From: Octopus vulgaris
Lineage: Eukaryota
DNA: 64,000 nt
Direction of reading: 5' to 3'
Assembly: GCA_951406725.2 (NCBI GenBank)
Contig: OX597824.1
Location: 89,156,001-89,220,000, forward strand
The notes beneath the pieces were generated by a model that saw only the letters and a program-made list of their open reading frames with translations, did no database searches and was not told where the DNA came from. Shown in pieces: positions 1 through 15,185 of the stretch; position 1 is the stretch's first letter; every line of letters begins with the position of its first letter. The position numbers were made by a program, and so were the translations under genes.

Positions 1-1
1 C

Positions 2-47
<46 letters not shown>

Positions 48-240
48 GCAGCAGCAGCAGCAGCAGCAGCCGTGACATTAAGATTAGTAACAGCAAAGGC
101 AATAATAGCAATAACAAGAGGAACAACAACAATAACAAAAAAGCAGGAGCAGCAGCAGCAGCAGCAACAGCAAGAACAACTTTAATAACAAGAATAATAA
201 AAAAATAAAGAAAGAAAGAAACAAAAGTATGAACAACAAC
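1..240. repeat. (CAA)n/(CAG)n trinucleotide low-complexity tract
   Basis: Direct reading: caacaa... then cagcag..., decaying into AAC/AAT-rich sequence. Confidence 0.9.
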
Positions 241-249
241 AATTCACTC

Positions 250-373
250 AGGGCGATGCTATGTGGTCAATGGATCTGTTAGAAATAGCAGTAAAAATTA
301 CACAACGACATATCTTTAAAAGAGAAGACGTCAGGATATTGTTGTCCAAGATATACAATGCCGGATAGAGAGA

Positions 374-424
<51 letters not shown>

Positions 425-500
425 GAAAAGGATGCCTTTGACTGGAATAGCTTTGATCATGAGGATTGACCTGATCGATGTGGGTTGACCCGGGTCGAGA
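250..500 (-). mobile_element. Old diverged interspersed repeat ('family F') interrupted by (GA)n
   Basis: tagaaatagcagt and ctttgatca motifs recur at about 42600-43010, 45305-45500, 60930-61140 and 63395-63470. Confidence 0.4.
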
Positions 501-761
501 ATGACAGCAACAACACCCAACGACATCACCAAGGGCAACGTTAAAGATAATTAGACTCAACATGGAAGGGCATCTATTTGACGATAGGAAACGGATAGAA
601 GGATGTTGTGACAAGTATGCCTCTCTCGAAAATAGTTGCAGGGGTAAAGTTTGGAGACATAGGGGTGCATACCAGGAAGCTGTACCCTTATGGGATGACG
701 GTTTTGCGTTAGGATGTGTCTCTGAGTTAAAACAGGTAATTTCAGTTAAAAGATGCGTTTA

Positions 762-765
<4 letters not shown>

Positions 766-835
<70 letters not shown>

Positions 836-898
836 TACACACAGACAGACACACAGACACACACACACAGACACACACACACACACACACACACGCAC
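766..898. repeat. (CA)n microsatellite
   Basis: Direct reading. Confidence 0.95.
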
Positions 899-1305
899 AA
901 ACAAAGATATATTTGCATACGTGTGTGTGTGTACACCTGCACACGTACACATAGACACCCGTATATATTTGTATACGTGTACACGCATAAATATAAACAT
1001 GTATACATAAACATATATATATATATATGTATATATATACACGCATTTCCATATTGTTTAGCAATAAAGCTAACGGTGTTACTCAAATGCTGAAAGTTAC
1101 GCACGTTAGCCTTATCAGAATGACCGCTGTTATTTGAGTTCCAATTTTTGTGTACCAGCACACACACACACACACACACACATGCGTGTGTCTATACACA
1201 CACTGGGACATATACATATGCATACACACACACACATATATATATATATATAAATACAGGTGCTTACAATTATCAAGTACTCACCCTGAATTTTTTGTAT
1301 CCAAC

Positions 1306-1337
<32 letters not shown>

Positions 1338-1777
1338 CAAAAATATATATATATACATTATATATACATAAATATATAAATTATATAAATATATAAATTA
1401 GAGATAAAACCACAATTAGGCAAATCAAACAGTGAAAAACATAAACCAAAACATAAAAATAAAAATAATTAATATTATATACAAAATATATAAAATATAA
1501 AATTTGAATTATTTAGATTTAAAATTAAAATTATTAATTTATATTTATAAATTTTTATGAATTTTTTTTTACACACACATGTATATATGTATATATATTT
1601 ATGTACAAGTAATGTAAACTGCATGATGCCTTTAGGTGTGCAGAGATAATCTGGTATACATCAGAACACACGTGCCGCGCGCGCGCACAGTCCAACGACC
1701 TCACACATTCACACACATAAATATACACATAAGGACTTATGTATACATACATATATAGATATTTGTGTATATGCCCA

Positions 1778-2500
<723 letters not shown>

Positions 2501-2590
2501 AAACTCACACAGACAATTGTTACTTGTGCATGTATATATACGGCATTTACAGATGTAGAAATGTGGTGAAAAATGAAAGTTTATACTTAC

Positions 2591-2765
2591 TGTAAGTTGT
2601 GAGGGACTTGCTAATAGTGTGATTGCTGATCATAGAGGCCGAACTGCCGTCTGGTTTATCCAGTGTCCAGTAACACTGATGGAAACTGCAGGTGTATGAC
2701 AAACAAACCTGCTGAACTAAAAAAAACACTGCCAAACATATCGAAGGCAGGACTTCACTCAACAT
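2591..2765 (-). CDS. Candidate first coding exon of a secreted or membrane protein (signal peptide plus start of an extracellular domain, possibly LamG/pentraxin-like); the gene would continue beyond the left edge
   Basis: True ATG at 2765; [58 protein letters not shown]; hydrophobic N-terminus; NHT sequon; CA|GTAAGT donor (plus-strand acttac 2585-2590), phase 1; possible acceptor ttcgccaccAG at 2813-2814; unique sequence between microsatellites. Confidence 0.6.
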
Positions 2766-3053
2766 CTCACGAACTTGTTTACATCCGACTTCCGTAGATA
2801 AAACGTATCCGACTGGTGGCGAATGATAATTATATACGGTGTGTGTATGTATTGCGTGTGTGTGTACGTATGTGTGTGCGTGTGTGTATGTGTGTATATG
2901 TGTGTATGCGTATATAAAGATAGATAGATTGATACGTATATATATATATATATATTACATATACAAATTTGTGGATGTGTTTTGGCAGAGGGACGAATAA
3001 TTTATAGACATATATCTGTATGTATGTGTTCGTTGAATTAAGTATGTGTATGT

Positions 3054-3099
<46 letters not shown>

Positions 3100-3513
3100 A
3101 CGTGCAGGTGTGTATGTACGTATGTGTTCAACGTCGGTTTGTGTGTGAGTGCGTGTTTATTTGCACGTGCCTTTGCGTTTACTAAATAAACGGGAGAAAC
3201 GAGAGAAAGCAAAAGCGTACTTGGTTTTTCCCGTAGAATTTATGCGCACACACATATATATATATATCTATCAGCGTGCGTGTGTGTATATGCGTGTGTA
3301 CCTGTGTGTGTATATATATCTATATATTCATGTATGTGTGTATGCATGTATGTATGTGCGCGTGTAGAATGAAAGATAGCGAAACGGGCGGGGATATAGA
3401 ACAAAGATGAATAGATATATATGTTTTATTATGTTTATAAACGAGTATTGGGTGTATATATGTGTATATATGCGTATAAAAATATGTGTGTGTGTATATG
3501 TTTATGTTACTTC

Positions 3514-3552
<39 letters not shown>

Positions 3553-3832
3553 TTTCCTTCACCTCTCCGCTGTGTGATTAAGATGTTTTATCGTGTTCGA
3601 TGTTTCGATTTTTGTAATATCAATCAGTCGAAGCACAGCATCCCGCGTCTAACGCATCGCAGTTTCAATCCTGACTGACATACATCGACGTTCATTTCTT
3701 TACGAACGTCGAGTGATCACGGGGTGGGGGTGGGGTGGAATGGGGGTGGAGTGGAGTGGAGTGGTGTGGTGTGGAGGTACACGGTCGGTTCTGTTGCTAC
3801 CACTGAAATTCCTTCCGAAACCAATCATTGAT

Positions 3833-3932
3833 GGTGGTGGTGGTGGTGGTGGTGGTGGTGGTGGTGGGAGTGATGGCGGTGGTGGAGGTGGTGGTGGTGG
3901 TGGCGGTGGTGGTGGGAGTGATGGCGGTGGAG
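3833..3932. repeat. (GGT)n tract
   Basis: Direct reading. Confidence 0.9.
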
Positions 3933-4257
3933 GCTGATCATAAGAACTATCATCAAAACATGGTGAGAAACCTCATGTGCATACATGCACCCTGTGGCTT
4001 CTGCATGTTTACAGGCGCGTGTGTATATATATATATATATAATGTATGTATGTTTTTTTATGGATGTATATATATGTATATATATATACAGCGGAACTGT
4101 GTCAGTGACCAGGTCACTGTTGGTGCGACGAAATTTTTTGACACCAATTAATAAATGTTTTCTTTCCGCGCTGTAATTGTTTTCGTTTCAACACGCGGTC
4201 TTCCGATCAAATCGCTCACCGGGCAAACAGCATCACCGAAACATATGCATGCATGTG

Positions 4258-4339
<82 letters not shown>

Positions 4340-4340
4340 C

Positions 4341-4371
<31 letters not shown>

Positions 4372-4592
4372 TATATGCTTTTGTGTTTACCGACCTAAGT
4401 AACAAGTATTCAATACTTGGGGCAAAGTTTAAATATATGCATATGTGTATATGTATATATCTATATCTATATATCTATATATATATGGTTATCAATAATA
4501 ATATAGGGTGAAACTAATTAATTTGGAATAATCATTAATTTCACCAAGTAGATTTCGGCATGTAAAAGCCCCATTCGAGGAAGGTTTAAGTA

Positions 4593-4811
<219 letters not shown>

Positions 4812-4859
4812 AACACTTATACGTGTGTGTGTTGTGTGTGAGTGTGTGTGTTATACATT

Positions 4860-4907
<48 letters not shown>

Positions 4908-5512
4908 CTTGTATATATATATATGTTGTTTATATCATATATTGTATTCCGTGTTGCTTTCTCTTTGTGTATATCTTCCAGCACACTCCACTTGTAAACC
5001 GAATCAAATGTTTTGTTTCGTTTTTGTCGCCGATATTTTCGTTTCCTCTTCCGAAAATCTTCCGTCATAAGAGATCACTTTATCTCTTTCTCTATCATTT
5101 TTGTCTCCTTCCTTCCTTCCTTCCTACATTCTCCTCTTTCGTAAATCCCTCCTCTATATTCCATCCTCTCTGTCTGTCTGTAAGTCTCTCTTTCTCTCTG
5201 TCCTTCACTCTTTCCCTCTCTGATATAAACACAGTTCTTTTTTCCAACTCCGCCTGTCTGTCTCTCGTATTTCCATTCCACTCGCTCGCACTCACCTAAT
5301 ACACACACACACACACACACATGCGCGCACGCACGCCTGCGCGGACGCGCACACGCACAAATGCTCGCACATGCATTCGTCCACCCATTCCCTCTTTCTT
5401 CTCCCCTCTCCGCTTCTTCCTCTCTCTCTCTTTCTCTCTCTCTCTATCTCTCTCTCTTTCTGCCTCTCTTCTAGCTTTCAAAATGTTTTATTTTGCATGC
5501 GTATACATAGTT

Positions 5513-5585
5513 ACACACACACACTGACACACACACACTGACACACACACACTGACACACACACACACACACTGACACACACACT

Positions 5586-5628
<43 letters not shown>

Positions 5629-5754
5629 ACACACACACACACACACAGACACACACGCACACACACACACACACACACTGACACACACACACTGACACAC
5701 ACACACACAGATACACACACACACACAAACACTGACACACACACACATACACAA

Positions 5755-5789
<35 letters not shown>

Positions 5790-5990
5790 AACACACACAC
5801 ACACACTCCGTCATTGCTTTCCAGTTCTACCCTCACCCATCCTTCTCTATCTCTATTAAATCACACACACGCATATACAAACACACACACACACGCACAC
5901 ACAGACACACACACACACACATGTGCACACGCACACGCACACGCACACACACACGCACACACACACGCATACACGCGGCACAAGCAAACA
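5513..5990. repeat. Compound (CA)n / CACTGA microsatellite
   Basis: Direct reading. Confidence 0.9.
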
Positions 5991-6269
5991 CAAACACAAA
6001 CAAAAACATATTTAACCCTCTTCCCATCTTCCTATCCCACCCTCACACCACTCCCTCCCTCTTCTTCCATCACTTTCTTAGATCTCTCTCTCTCTTTCTA
6101 TATCTCTTCTTTCTCCCATTTTCTCTCCCCCACCCCCTGGTACTTCCTCTTCGTTTCCCTCTCATTCTTGTGTACATTCAGCACATATTGACTCCCTCGC
6201 TTTCGGCCCCTTCTCTTTCCCCCCCCCCCACCTTCTCTCTTATTTAGCTCCCTTAATTCCTCAACATTC

Positions 6270-6312
<43 letters not shown>

Positions 6313-6325
6313 TACAATGTTTCCG

Positions 6326-6460
6326 ACTTGGCTGTGTGGTAAGAAGCTTGCTCCCCGGCTACGTGGTTCCGGGTTCAATCCCACTGCGTGGTTCATTGGG
6401 AACGGTGCCGTCAACGATAAGCTCCAACTGGATTTGGCTCACGGAAACTGAAAGAAGCCT
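6326..6460 (+). mobile_element. SINE A, 5' part
   Basis: tggctgtgtggtaagaagcttgc...ggttccgggttcaatcccactgcgtgg...cggaaactgaaagaagcc matches the 47581 copy. Confidence 0.85.
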
Positions 6461-6483
6461 ATCTCTCTATATATGTACGTATC

Positions 6484-7009
<526 letters not shown>

Positions 7010-7015
7010 CTGACA

Positions 7016-7387
7016 TTCCGTCGATTACGACGACGTGGGTTCCAGTTGATCCCGATCAACGGAACGGCCTGCTCGTGAAATTAATGAGTAAGTGGCTGAG
7101 CACTCCACAGACACGTGTGCCCTTAACGTAGCTCACGGGGATATTCAGCGTTACACAGAGTGTGACAAGGCTGGGCCCTTTGAAATACAGGTACAAGAGA
7201 AACAGGAAGAAAGAGTGAGAGAAAGTTGTGGTGGATGAGTACAGCAGGGTTCGACACCACCCTCTGCCGGAGCCTCGTGGAGCTTCAGGTGTTTTCGCTC
7301 AGTAAAAGCAACGTCCGGTGTGGGAATCGAAACCGCGATCCTACGCCGGCGAGTCCACTGCCTTACCAACTGGGCGATTGCACCTCT
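7016..7387 (-). mobile_element. SINE C (tRNA-derived), near full length
   Basis: Colinear with the 28379-28763 and 58722-59072 copies; A/B-box head at the right end. Confidence 0.9.
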
Positions 7388-7413
7388 ACTATATATATAT
7401 ATATATATATATA

Positions 7414-7468
<55 letters not shown>

Positions 7469-7499
7469 TAAAAAAAATTAGTTTTATTTTTTAACAAAA

Positions 7500-7537
7500 C
7501 TGTCCGACGAACGGGAACGTGAAACTCTGAGTAACAG
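7500..7537 (+). ncRNA. Minimal type-I hammerhead ribozyme variant (U4C core) in a Penelope-type remnant
   Basis: CTGT-CCGACGA-ACG(GGAA)CGT-GAA-ACTC-T-GAGT-A-ACAG: stem I CTGT/ACAG, stem II with GNRA loop, palindromic stem III, GUA cleavage triplet. Confidence 0.65.
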
Positions 7538-7572
7538 CTTATGATAAATTTCTTCTGCTTTTAAATAAAGAG

Positions 7573-7600
<28 letters not shown>

Positions 7601-7603
<3 letters not shown>

Positions 7604-7822
7604 GAGGTTAGAGCGTCGAGCTTACGATCGTGTGGTTGTGAGTTCGAATCACGGACCGGGCTGCGTGTTGTGTTCTTGAGAAAGACACTTTATTTCACGT
7701 TGGTCCAGTTCACTCAGCTGTAGAAATGAATTGCGACGTCACAGATGCCAAGCTGTATTGGCCCCTTTGCCTTTCCCATGGATAACACTGGTGGTGTGGA
7801 GAGAGGAGGCTGGTATGAATGG
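7601..7822 (+). mobile_element. SINE D (tRNA head plus CORE-like segment)
   Basis: ggttagagcg...gagttcgaatc B-box, then gttgtgttcttgagaaagacactttatttcacgttg; related to 59147 and 39390. Confidence 0.75.
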
Positions 7823-8020
7823 GTGTTTGTGTTTGTGTTAGTCCCTTCCCCGCCGCTTGACAACTGGTGTTTGTGTCGTTACGTAACCCTAGCAGTTCAG
7901 CAAAAGGAGAACGATGGAGTAAGTACCAGGCGTTAGACGATGTTTTAGGTCGACTTCAAAGTGGTGCCCCAACATGGCCGCAGACCATGGACTAAAACAA
8001 TAACAGTGTAGATAAAAGGC
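7823..8020 (+). mobile_element. SINE A, diverged 3' part
   Basis: gcttgacaactggtg...gtggtgccccaacatggccgcag matches the SINE A 3' half. Confidence 0.7.
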
Positions 8021-8844
8021 AAAAATAAAAGGCACACACACACACACACACACACTAACACGCACATTAAACATGCATAATCACACACATACACACACAC
8101 ACTAATACACACGCACACTTTAATCATGCATAAACACACAAACACACACGTAAACACGCACACTAACACACACATTAAACATGCATAAACGCACATACAC
8201 ACACTAACACACACACATTAAACATGCATAAACATACACACACACACCCACACACTAACACGTGTGTTCTCCCCTCCCATTTGAGCCCCATCCACCATAT
8301 CCCCCCCTCTTTCAATCTTTCATTGTGCGGATATATGTGTGTGTATGCCTGTGTATATGCGTGTGTTTTTCAATGTGTGTGTGTGTGTGTGCCTATGTGT
8401 GTGTGTGCATATAAATGCCGACCTGCGCGTGCGCATTATGTAACTAACCAACACGTTATTGATAGTTCCGCCTCTCCGTTCGCGCGGGAAGACGTCCGAG
8501 GGGTGGGGGAGAATGAAAATGAATGTGTGTGTGTGTGTATGAGCACACACGTGTTTATGTGTGTGTGTGCATATGTATGTGTATATGTGTGGGGGAGGTT
8601 GTACGCGCGCACGTGTGTGAGTGTACGCCCGCGCGCGTACAAGTGCGTGTTGTCTTTTCAGGGTGTGTAGTTGTGTTTTTTTTGTCTGTAACGTTTGGTA
8701 TTGAGTTCTACATGTATTTTAGATGCATATGTGTGTATGTCTGTTTGTATGTATGTATGTATGTATGTATGTATGTATGCACGCGTATGTATTCGTACGC
8801 GTGCGACAATGCGTATGTGTGCATGTATATATGTATGTACCTGA

Positions 8845-8875
<31 letters not shown>

Positions 8876-9038
8876 TGTATATATATATATATATATAAAG
8901 ATATATATATATATATACGTACGTACTCACATGTATGTATGCATGTATCTATGTATATGTGTATATATATATATGTATATGTAAATGTGTATATATATAT
9001 AAGTATATGTATATATACACATATATATACATACATGC

Positions 9039-9091
<53 letters not shown>

Positions 9092-9120
9092 TATAAAATA
9101 TATATGCATTTAAGTATGTG

Positions 9121-9230
9121 TCCGGTGTTAGAGTGACCAATGGTTTCGCATCCATAAAGGGCTTAGCCCCATGGACGATTCGTCTGACATTAAAGCCGGA
9201 TGCGAAACCATTGGTTACTCTATAACCGGA
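9121..9230. repeat. Fold-back hairpin (33-bp arms) carrying an HHR 3'-half motif GAAACCATTGGT(C/T)
   Basis: Arms 9121-9153 and 9198-9230 are near-perfect reverse complements; embedded in TA repeats. Confidence 0.75.
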
Positions 9231-9279
9231 CATAGGCATAACTGTATAGCGACATATACATACATACATACATACATGA

Positions 9280-9335
<56 letters not shown>

Positions 9336-9537
9336 TGGAGACGGTCATCTTTTGCCGATTAAACACACGCACCATTTATTTGATCTTTACTTTAGCCTTA
9401 TCATTATCATCTTTTTTTTATTTTGTCAAAGTTCTTTCTTCACACCGTTCTATACGCGACCTCCTCAATAACTTTCTGTCCGACGTAATTGTATATGTAT
9501 ACACACACACACACATGTATATGTATAATAGAAATAT

Positions 9538-9933
9538 ACTCTTTTACTTGTTTCAGTCATATGACTGCGGCCATGCTGGAGCACCGCCTTTAATCGAGCA
9601 AATCGACCCCGGGACTTATTCTTTTGTAAGCCCAGTACTTATTCTATCGGTCTGTTTTGCCGAACCTCTAAGTAACGGGTACATAAACACACCAGCATCG
9701 GTTGTCAAGCAATGCTAGGAGGACAAACACAGGCACACAAACACACACACGCATATATATATATATATACAACGGACTTCTTTCAATTTCCGTCTACCAA
9801 ATCCACTCACAAGGCTTTGGTCGGCCCGAGGCTATAGTAGAAGACACTCGCCCAAGGTGCCACGCAGTGGGACTGAACCAGGAACCGTGTAGCTGGTAAA
9901 CAAGCTACTTACCACACAGCCACTCCTGCGCCT
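9538..9933 (-). mobile_element. SINE A, full length
   Basis: Reverse complement of the 47581-47999 copy from aggcgcaggagtggctgtgtgg to actgaaacaagtaaaagag. Confidence 0.95.
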
Positions 9934-10479
9934 ATGTTTCAAGATGTTTCAAAAAGAAAATAGAAACTACACGTGGAAAAGTTATGGTGAAAGTAAGAAG
10001 AAAATAAGCGAAGATGCACATTGAATATAAAAAAACTAAGACTTTTTTTAATGAAAAGTAGCGATAAATAAATACAATTAGATGAACTGAGGTAGAATTA
10101 AGAAGAATGAAATTCATTATTTTCAATCAAAAAATTCAAAGTCAGACCGGTATCGTTATTGCTGTTCACTGGCTTTGAATGTAAATATATGTATATATAT
10201 ATGGAGCTAGCTATGTATGCAGCGCAATTTTGTGTCCCAGTTCTCATTCGTATGTGTTGTTAGTTTTAGACCTCAAGTCAGTCCTGGTTACGTGGATCTG
10301 TAATTAAAAGGCATTTCACTCATAGCAAGCTTTTATATTTTCATATTTACGATGATAGTTTTCCCTGCACTTTATTTTAAACATCGGGTTGGGATCTGAG
10401 AAAATTTGTGTCCTATTTGTAACTGATCGACCCACAACATTCAGGTACCGTCTTGACACATGTGCTTGTACATGTAAAC

Positions 10480-10742
<263 letters not shown>

Positions 10743-10745
<3 letters not shown>

Positions 10746-11146
10746 TCCTTTCAGTTTGAACGGCAGTTTTTTCTAGCGGTGTCATATGAAATAGTCACCC
10801 ATAATTATGACCCTAGTATCGATCTATTGCATTTCAATCTGTTTTAGAGTTAGGGTTAGAGGTGGGGGGAAGGGTATCCTTTTTCTTCAGAAATGTAAAT
10901 AAACCCAATCTGTTTCTTAAACGAGGGACATGTTCATACGGCACAGAATGTTTTCACTTCAATAGACGTCATTGATTGGTTGAAATTGCAGAAATTGAAG
11001 AAAAAACAACGACAAATATCTTACAAACTATAGAATTTTCTCAATAAAGCCAAGAGAAAAAGATGTTTTATAAACACATTCTACCAGTTTAAAAGTGTTT
11101 AGTTACGTGGAAATTATTTTAAAAAACTGCCGTTCAAACCGAAAAG

Positions 11147-11150
<4 letters not shown>
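10743..11150. mobile_element. MITE with ~23-bp terminal inverted repeats inserted in (TA)n
   Basis: tttcagtttgaacggcagttttt (about 10749) versus aaaaactgccgttcaaaccgaaa (about 11122-11144); internal gttagggttag. Confidence 0.8.
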
Positions 11151-11204
<54 letters not shown>

Positions 11205-11205
<1 letters not shown>

Positions 11206-11603
11206 TAGCAGTATCGCCCGGCGTTGCTCGGGTTTGTAAGGGAAATAACTATATAAGCGTTTTAGAGAGTTATAGCCAAAAAAATAGCAAAAAAATGCAT
11301 TAAAAATGGAAAAAAAATGATGGTAAATTTTTTTTTTAAATCGTTGACTCATCGTAAACATTTTTAGAGAGTTACTTCCCTTATATAATAGCGAAAAAAT
11401 GCATTAAAATGGAAAAAAATGATGGTAAATTATTTTTAAAATCGTAGACTCATCGTAGACGCGCACTAATACCCAGAAGGGCTTGATATGAATCACGACT
11501 ATAAGATACCCGGTTTTGGTTAAACTGCACCGCAAAATGTGGTAGTAGTTAGGAATCTAAATCGTAGGAGACAGACACACAACTTCACTTTTATATATAA
11601 AGA
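11205..11603 (-). mobile_element. Non-autonomous Helitron
   Basis: Minus strand reads A|TCTTTATATATAAAAG ... CCCGAGCAACGCCGGG hairpin - CGATACTG-CTAG|T; 5'-TC, 3'-CTAG, A/T target, no TSD; internal ~110-bp duplication. Confidence 0.85.
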
Positions 11604-11617
11604 TATATACATATATA

Positions 11618-11649
<32 letters not shown>

Positions 11650-12165
11650 AAAGTTTTATGTATAAATTCGATGAAAATGTAATAAGTGAAACTGATTTTC
11701 TTTATAATAATCCTGTTCTTGCTGTTTGAGTAATACCCATCCTGGCTTGATTAATCGGTTCAACATGGTAGCACAGTAGCGCCGTCTGCATTGTTCTCAT
11801 TTCTGTTGTCACAAATGTGAACTTTATTAATTATTTCTTTTGTTAACGTTTATCATCCAGGCTGCCTTCTGTGTCTTACCAGGCTTTGACATCGTCTTCT
11901 TAAAACATTTTCTCTCCTCTGTCCTTTCAAATATGCGATGACAATCCTTCTCTTCATTTCTCCAAAACGGTATTCATCTACATCGTTCAGAAATATTCCC
12001 CGCCTCCATTGGTCCTTCATGAAGCTGCTGAAATGCAGTGGTTGTATTTCCTGATATTGCTGGGTATTCTTTACCTTCGGCTGTCTTCTCAAAGGTCGTC
12101 CTTCTCTGTCACCACAAGAACTTCGCCCAAATACCTTCGTTCGTAAAATCCATTATAACTTAACC

Positions 12166-12363
12166 CAGTTGTTCCCAAACTATGAGTCGCGACCCACAGA
12201 TGAGTCGCGAACGGAATCTTAGTGGGTCGCAAAAAGTTATAAAATTACGCATTAATTTTGATTAACTGCTGTCTATCGAGATAGTTCAGTAGAGTTAAGT
12301 GGGTCGTCATAAACTGGTGTGATAAATAGTGGGTCGCGACTCTAAAAAGTTTGGGAACCACTG
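12166..12363. mobile_element. hAT/Charlie-type MITE
   Basis: TIRs cagttgttcccaaac / gtttgggaaccactg; subterminal gggtcgcga repeats; imperfect 8-bp TSD acttaacc/gcttaact. Confidence 0.8.
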
Positions 12364-12416
12364 GCTTAACTCATTGACTTTGCAGATAACATCCACCTTA
12401 GTTTACCATTATTACT

Positions 12417-12649
12417 TATTTCTTTACTACACACAAGGGGCTAAACACAGAGGGGACAAACAAGGACAGACAAACGGAATAAGTCGATTACATCGACATC
12501 AGTGCGTAACTGGTACTTAATTTATCAACCCCGAAAGGATGAAAGGCAAAGTCGACCTCGGCGGAATTTGAACCCAGAACGTAACGGCAGACGAAATACG
12601 GATATGCATTTTGCCCGGCGTGCTAACGTTTCTGCCAGCTCGCCGCCTT
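12417..12649 (-). mobile_element. SINE B monomer, full length with 15-bp TSD
   Basis: TSD tttaccattattact at 12402-12416 and 12652-12666; head ggcggcgagctggcag, tail gtagtaaagaaata. Confidence 0.95.
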
Positions 12650-14045
12650 CATTTACCATTATTACTGACAAGCTGGTGACTACCTGGGAAGCCCTTTCAC
12701 CTCATAAATTGACAGAGGCCGCCATTGTTCTGCTATTTGTGCATTACAAGATTGAGATAGAAGAAAAATATTCATTAAATATTTGAATAACGAATCAAGA
12801 ATTCTTTAGAAGATAATAATACACCTGAAGCAGGTGCATTATGCCTTAATTAAAAATGTTTTAGCCCGAAGGCCGCGGCCATGCTGGGGCACTACCTTTT
12901 TTTCTTTTTTCTTCCAAAACTTGCTGGCGTGCTCGCCTTCTCAGCAATTCTAACAGCAAAAGATTCATACTGGCTACATTTGTGCCAACATAACGCCCAT
13001 AAATGTTCCTGAATATATTACGTGGAGATTCCATCATCATAAGTTTGGCTATTTCAGGGCAATGACCGTCAATGCAACCCTTTTTTTCAACCCCATTATA
13101 CACCTGGGAAATCAAGAGAATTCTTCACAATTAAATTATCTAACATCTTCCTGGACGGTTTGGTTTCCTGTTTCACCATGTGTAACTTTTTCATCGATTA
13201 AATGGAAATTTCTAAATCACCATAACCAGCTGTCATTAGTTGCGAAAGTTTTTATCGCCATAAATGCTGAGGTGGCTTAGCAGCCTTACTTTGAAATTCC
13301 GCGACGTACGTTGCTTCCACCGGATCGTTGATGGATACACACATCGTCTCTACCTCCCCAAGATTTTGTATCTTTTGTAATTTTCACGCCCTTTCTTGTG
13401 CCAACAGGTGATGAATAAGAATTTGTGTAAGTATTCTATTTGAAGAGAAACATAGGTCTGTGCTTAGTCTTATATATATTCAAAATTGCTTGCCTTTTAT
13501 TTTCACACTCTGCAAAATCCCTCGCCACCGAAGGAACAGCTTCTAACTTTAGGTTTCTGGCTAAGAGATAGGGTATTATATATTTCTTTTGATTATTGCT
13601 CTCCCTTGAAGACAGAATATGAAAGACAAGACTGGAAGACGCATTATCGTTTATATAGCATTGAAAATTATAGGACAACAGAGATTATGTTGTATTCCGT
13701 ATGGTGCTTCTACTCATTGTGCCCTGGGCTACCGTGTTAAGCTAGCATAAGTAATACTCAAACTGCAAAAACAGAACTATTGTAAAGAAAATCAATTTCA
13801 GTAGATACATTTTTATCGAATTAATAAAACTTTTACCACGAAAGTGTAATGTCTATAATAGAGGAGTGTGATTGAAAATAAGATTGAGGAAGTCATATAT
13901 AACAGATTGAATATAAATGGAAAAAAATAGGAAAAAGGAGTAAAGGAAATCGAATAGAAGGCTACTTAGGGCATTGGTTGGGCGTGTATGCAGATTGCCA
14001 TAAAGGAAGTAAAATTCTTTAGACAGAAGGATTTAGGCGGATATA

Positions 14046-14244
14046 TATTTCTTTATTGCCCACAAGGGGCTAAACATAGAAAGAACAAACAAGGACAGAC
14101 AAAGGGATTAAGTCGATTACATCGACCCCAGTGCGTAACTGGTACTTATTTAATCGACTCCGAAAGGATGAAAGGCAAAGTCGACCTCGGCGGAATTTGA
14201 ACTCAGAACGTAGCTGCAGACGAAATACCTATTTTTTTACTGCC
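14046..14244 (-). mobile_element. SINE B unit without head, preceded by the tail stub of another unit
   Basis: One ~184-bp unit plus junction aaata|ggtatttcg (cc at 14228-14229). Confidence 0.9.
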
Positions 14245-14246
14245 TG

Positions 14247-14540
14247 TTTTAGTCGAGCAAAGCAACCCCAGCACTTATTCTTTGTAAGCCTAGTACGTAT
14301 TCTATCGGTCTCTTTTGCTGGATCGCTAAGTCACGGAGACGTAAACACACCAGCATCCGTTGTCAAGCGATGGTGCGGTAACAAACACAGACTCACAAAC
14401 ATACACACACCCATGTATATATACGTATATATACACACATATATATATATATATATACGACACGCTTCTCCCAGTTTCCGTCTACCAAATCCACTCACAA
14501 GGCTTTGGTCGGCTCGAGGCTATAGTAGAGGACACTTGGG
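14247..14540 (-). mobile_element. SINE A, internal fragment
   Basis: Matches SINE A from cccaagtgtc to gctcgactaaa. Confidence 0.9.
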
Positions 14541-14938
14541 GATAGACCTAAATCGCCAGCCATTATAATTTCACCACATGACATCTTGGGTAACTTCAAC
14601 GTGGTCCCTATGTTGTATGCAGTCAGGCCAGGTCTTGGGTTCCAGAACTCCTTTGTACTGTAAAAGGCAGGGAACACCTGCTTTACCGCCTCATTAAAAG
14701 ATGAAAGGAAAAAAAACTGAAAAACAAAATGGTTTGGTGACGGTGAAAAGCAACAGGGCCGCGGCCCTTAAATTATAAATCAAGTGTTGCATATTTGCAA
14801 GGTAAGGGAAACACGAGGACCTAGAGAAGATGATCTAGAGATGATGATGATGAGGATAGGGCGGGAAAGAATGAGGAAGATGGCATGGCGGGGTGGGGAA
14901 TAAGAGATGGGATTTAGAGATTTGTAGATTTAGGAAGA

Positions 14939-14941
<3 letters not shown>

Positions 14942-15002
<61 letters not shown>

Positions 15003-15185
15003 GGAGAGGTGAAAGGGAGAAAGTGAGACAGGGAAAAGAAAGAGAGAGGGAGAGAGAAGGAGTGAGAGAGAGAGAGAGGTGAAAGGGTGAAGGTGAGACA
15101 GGAAAAGAGAGGGGAGAGAGGTAGTAAGAAGTGTGTGAGAGAGAAATTGAGAAAAGAGAGAGGGGGAGAGAGGGGAGAGAGAGAA
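14942..15185. repeat. (GA)n and purine-rich tract
   Basis: Direct reading. Confidence 0.9.

Noticed and set aside
3721-3750. G-quadruplex-like G-runs
   Set aside because: Common low-complexity sequence here, with no functional context.
10848-10860. TTAGGG telomere-like motif
   Set aside because: Fewer than two full units, internal to a MITE.
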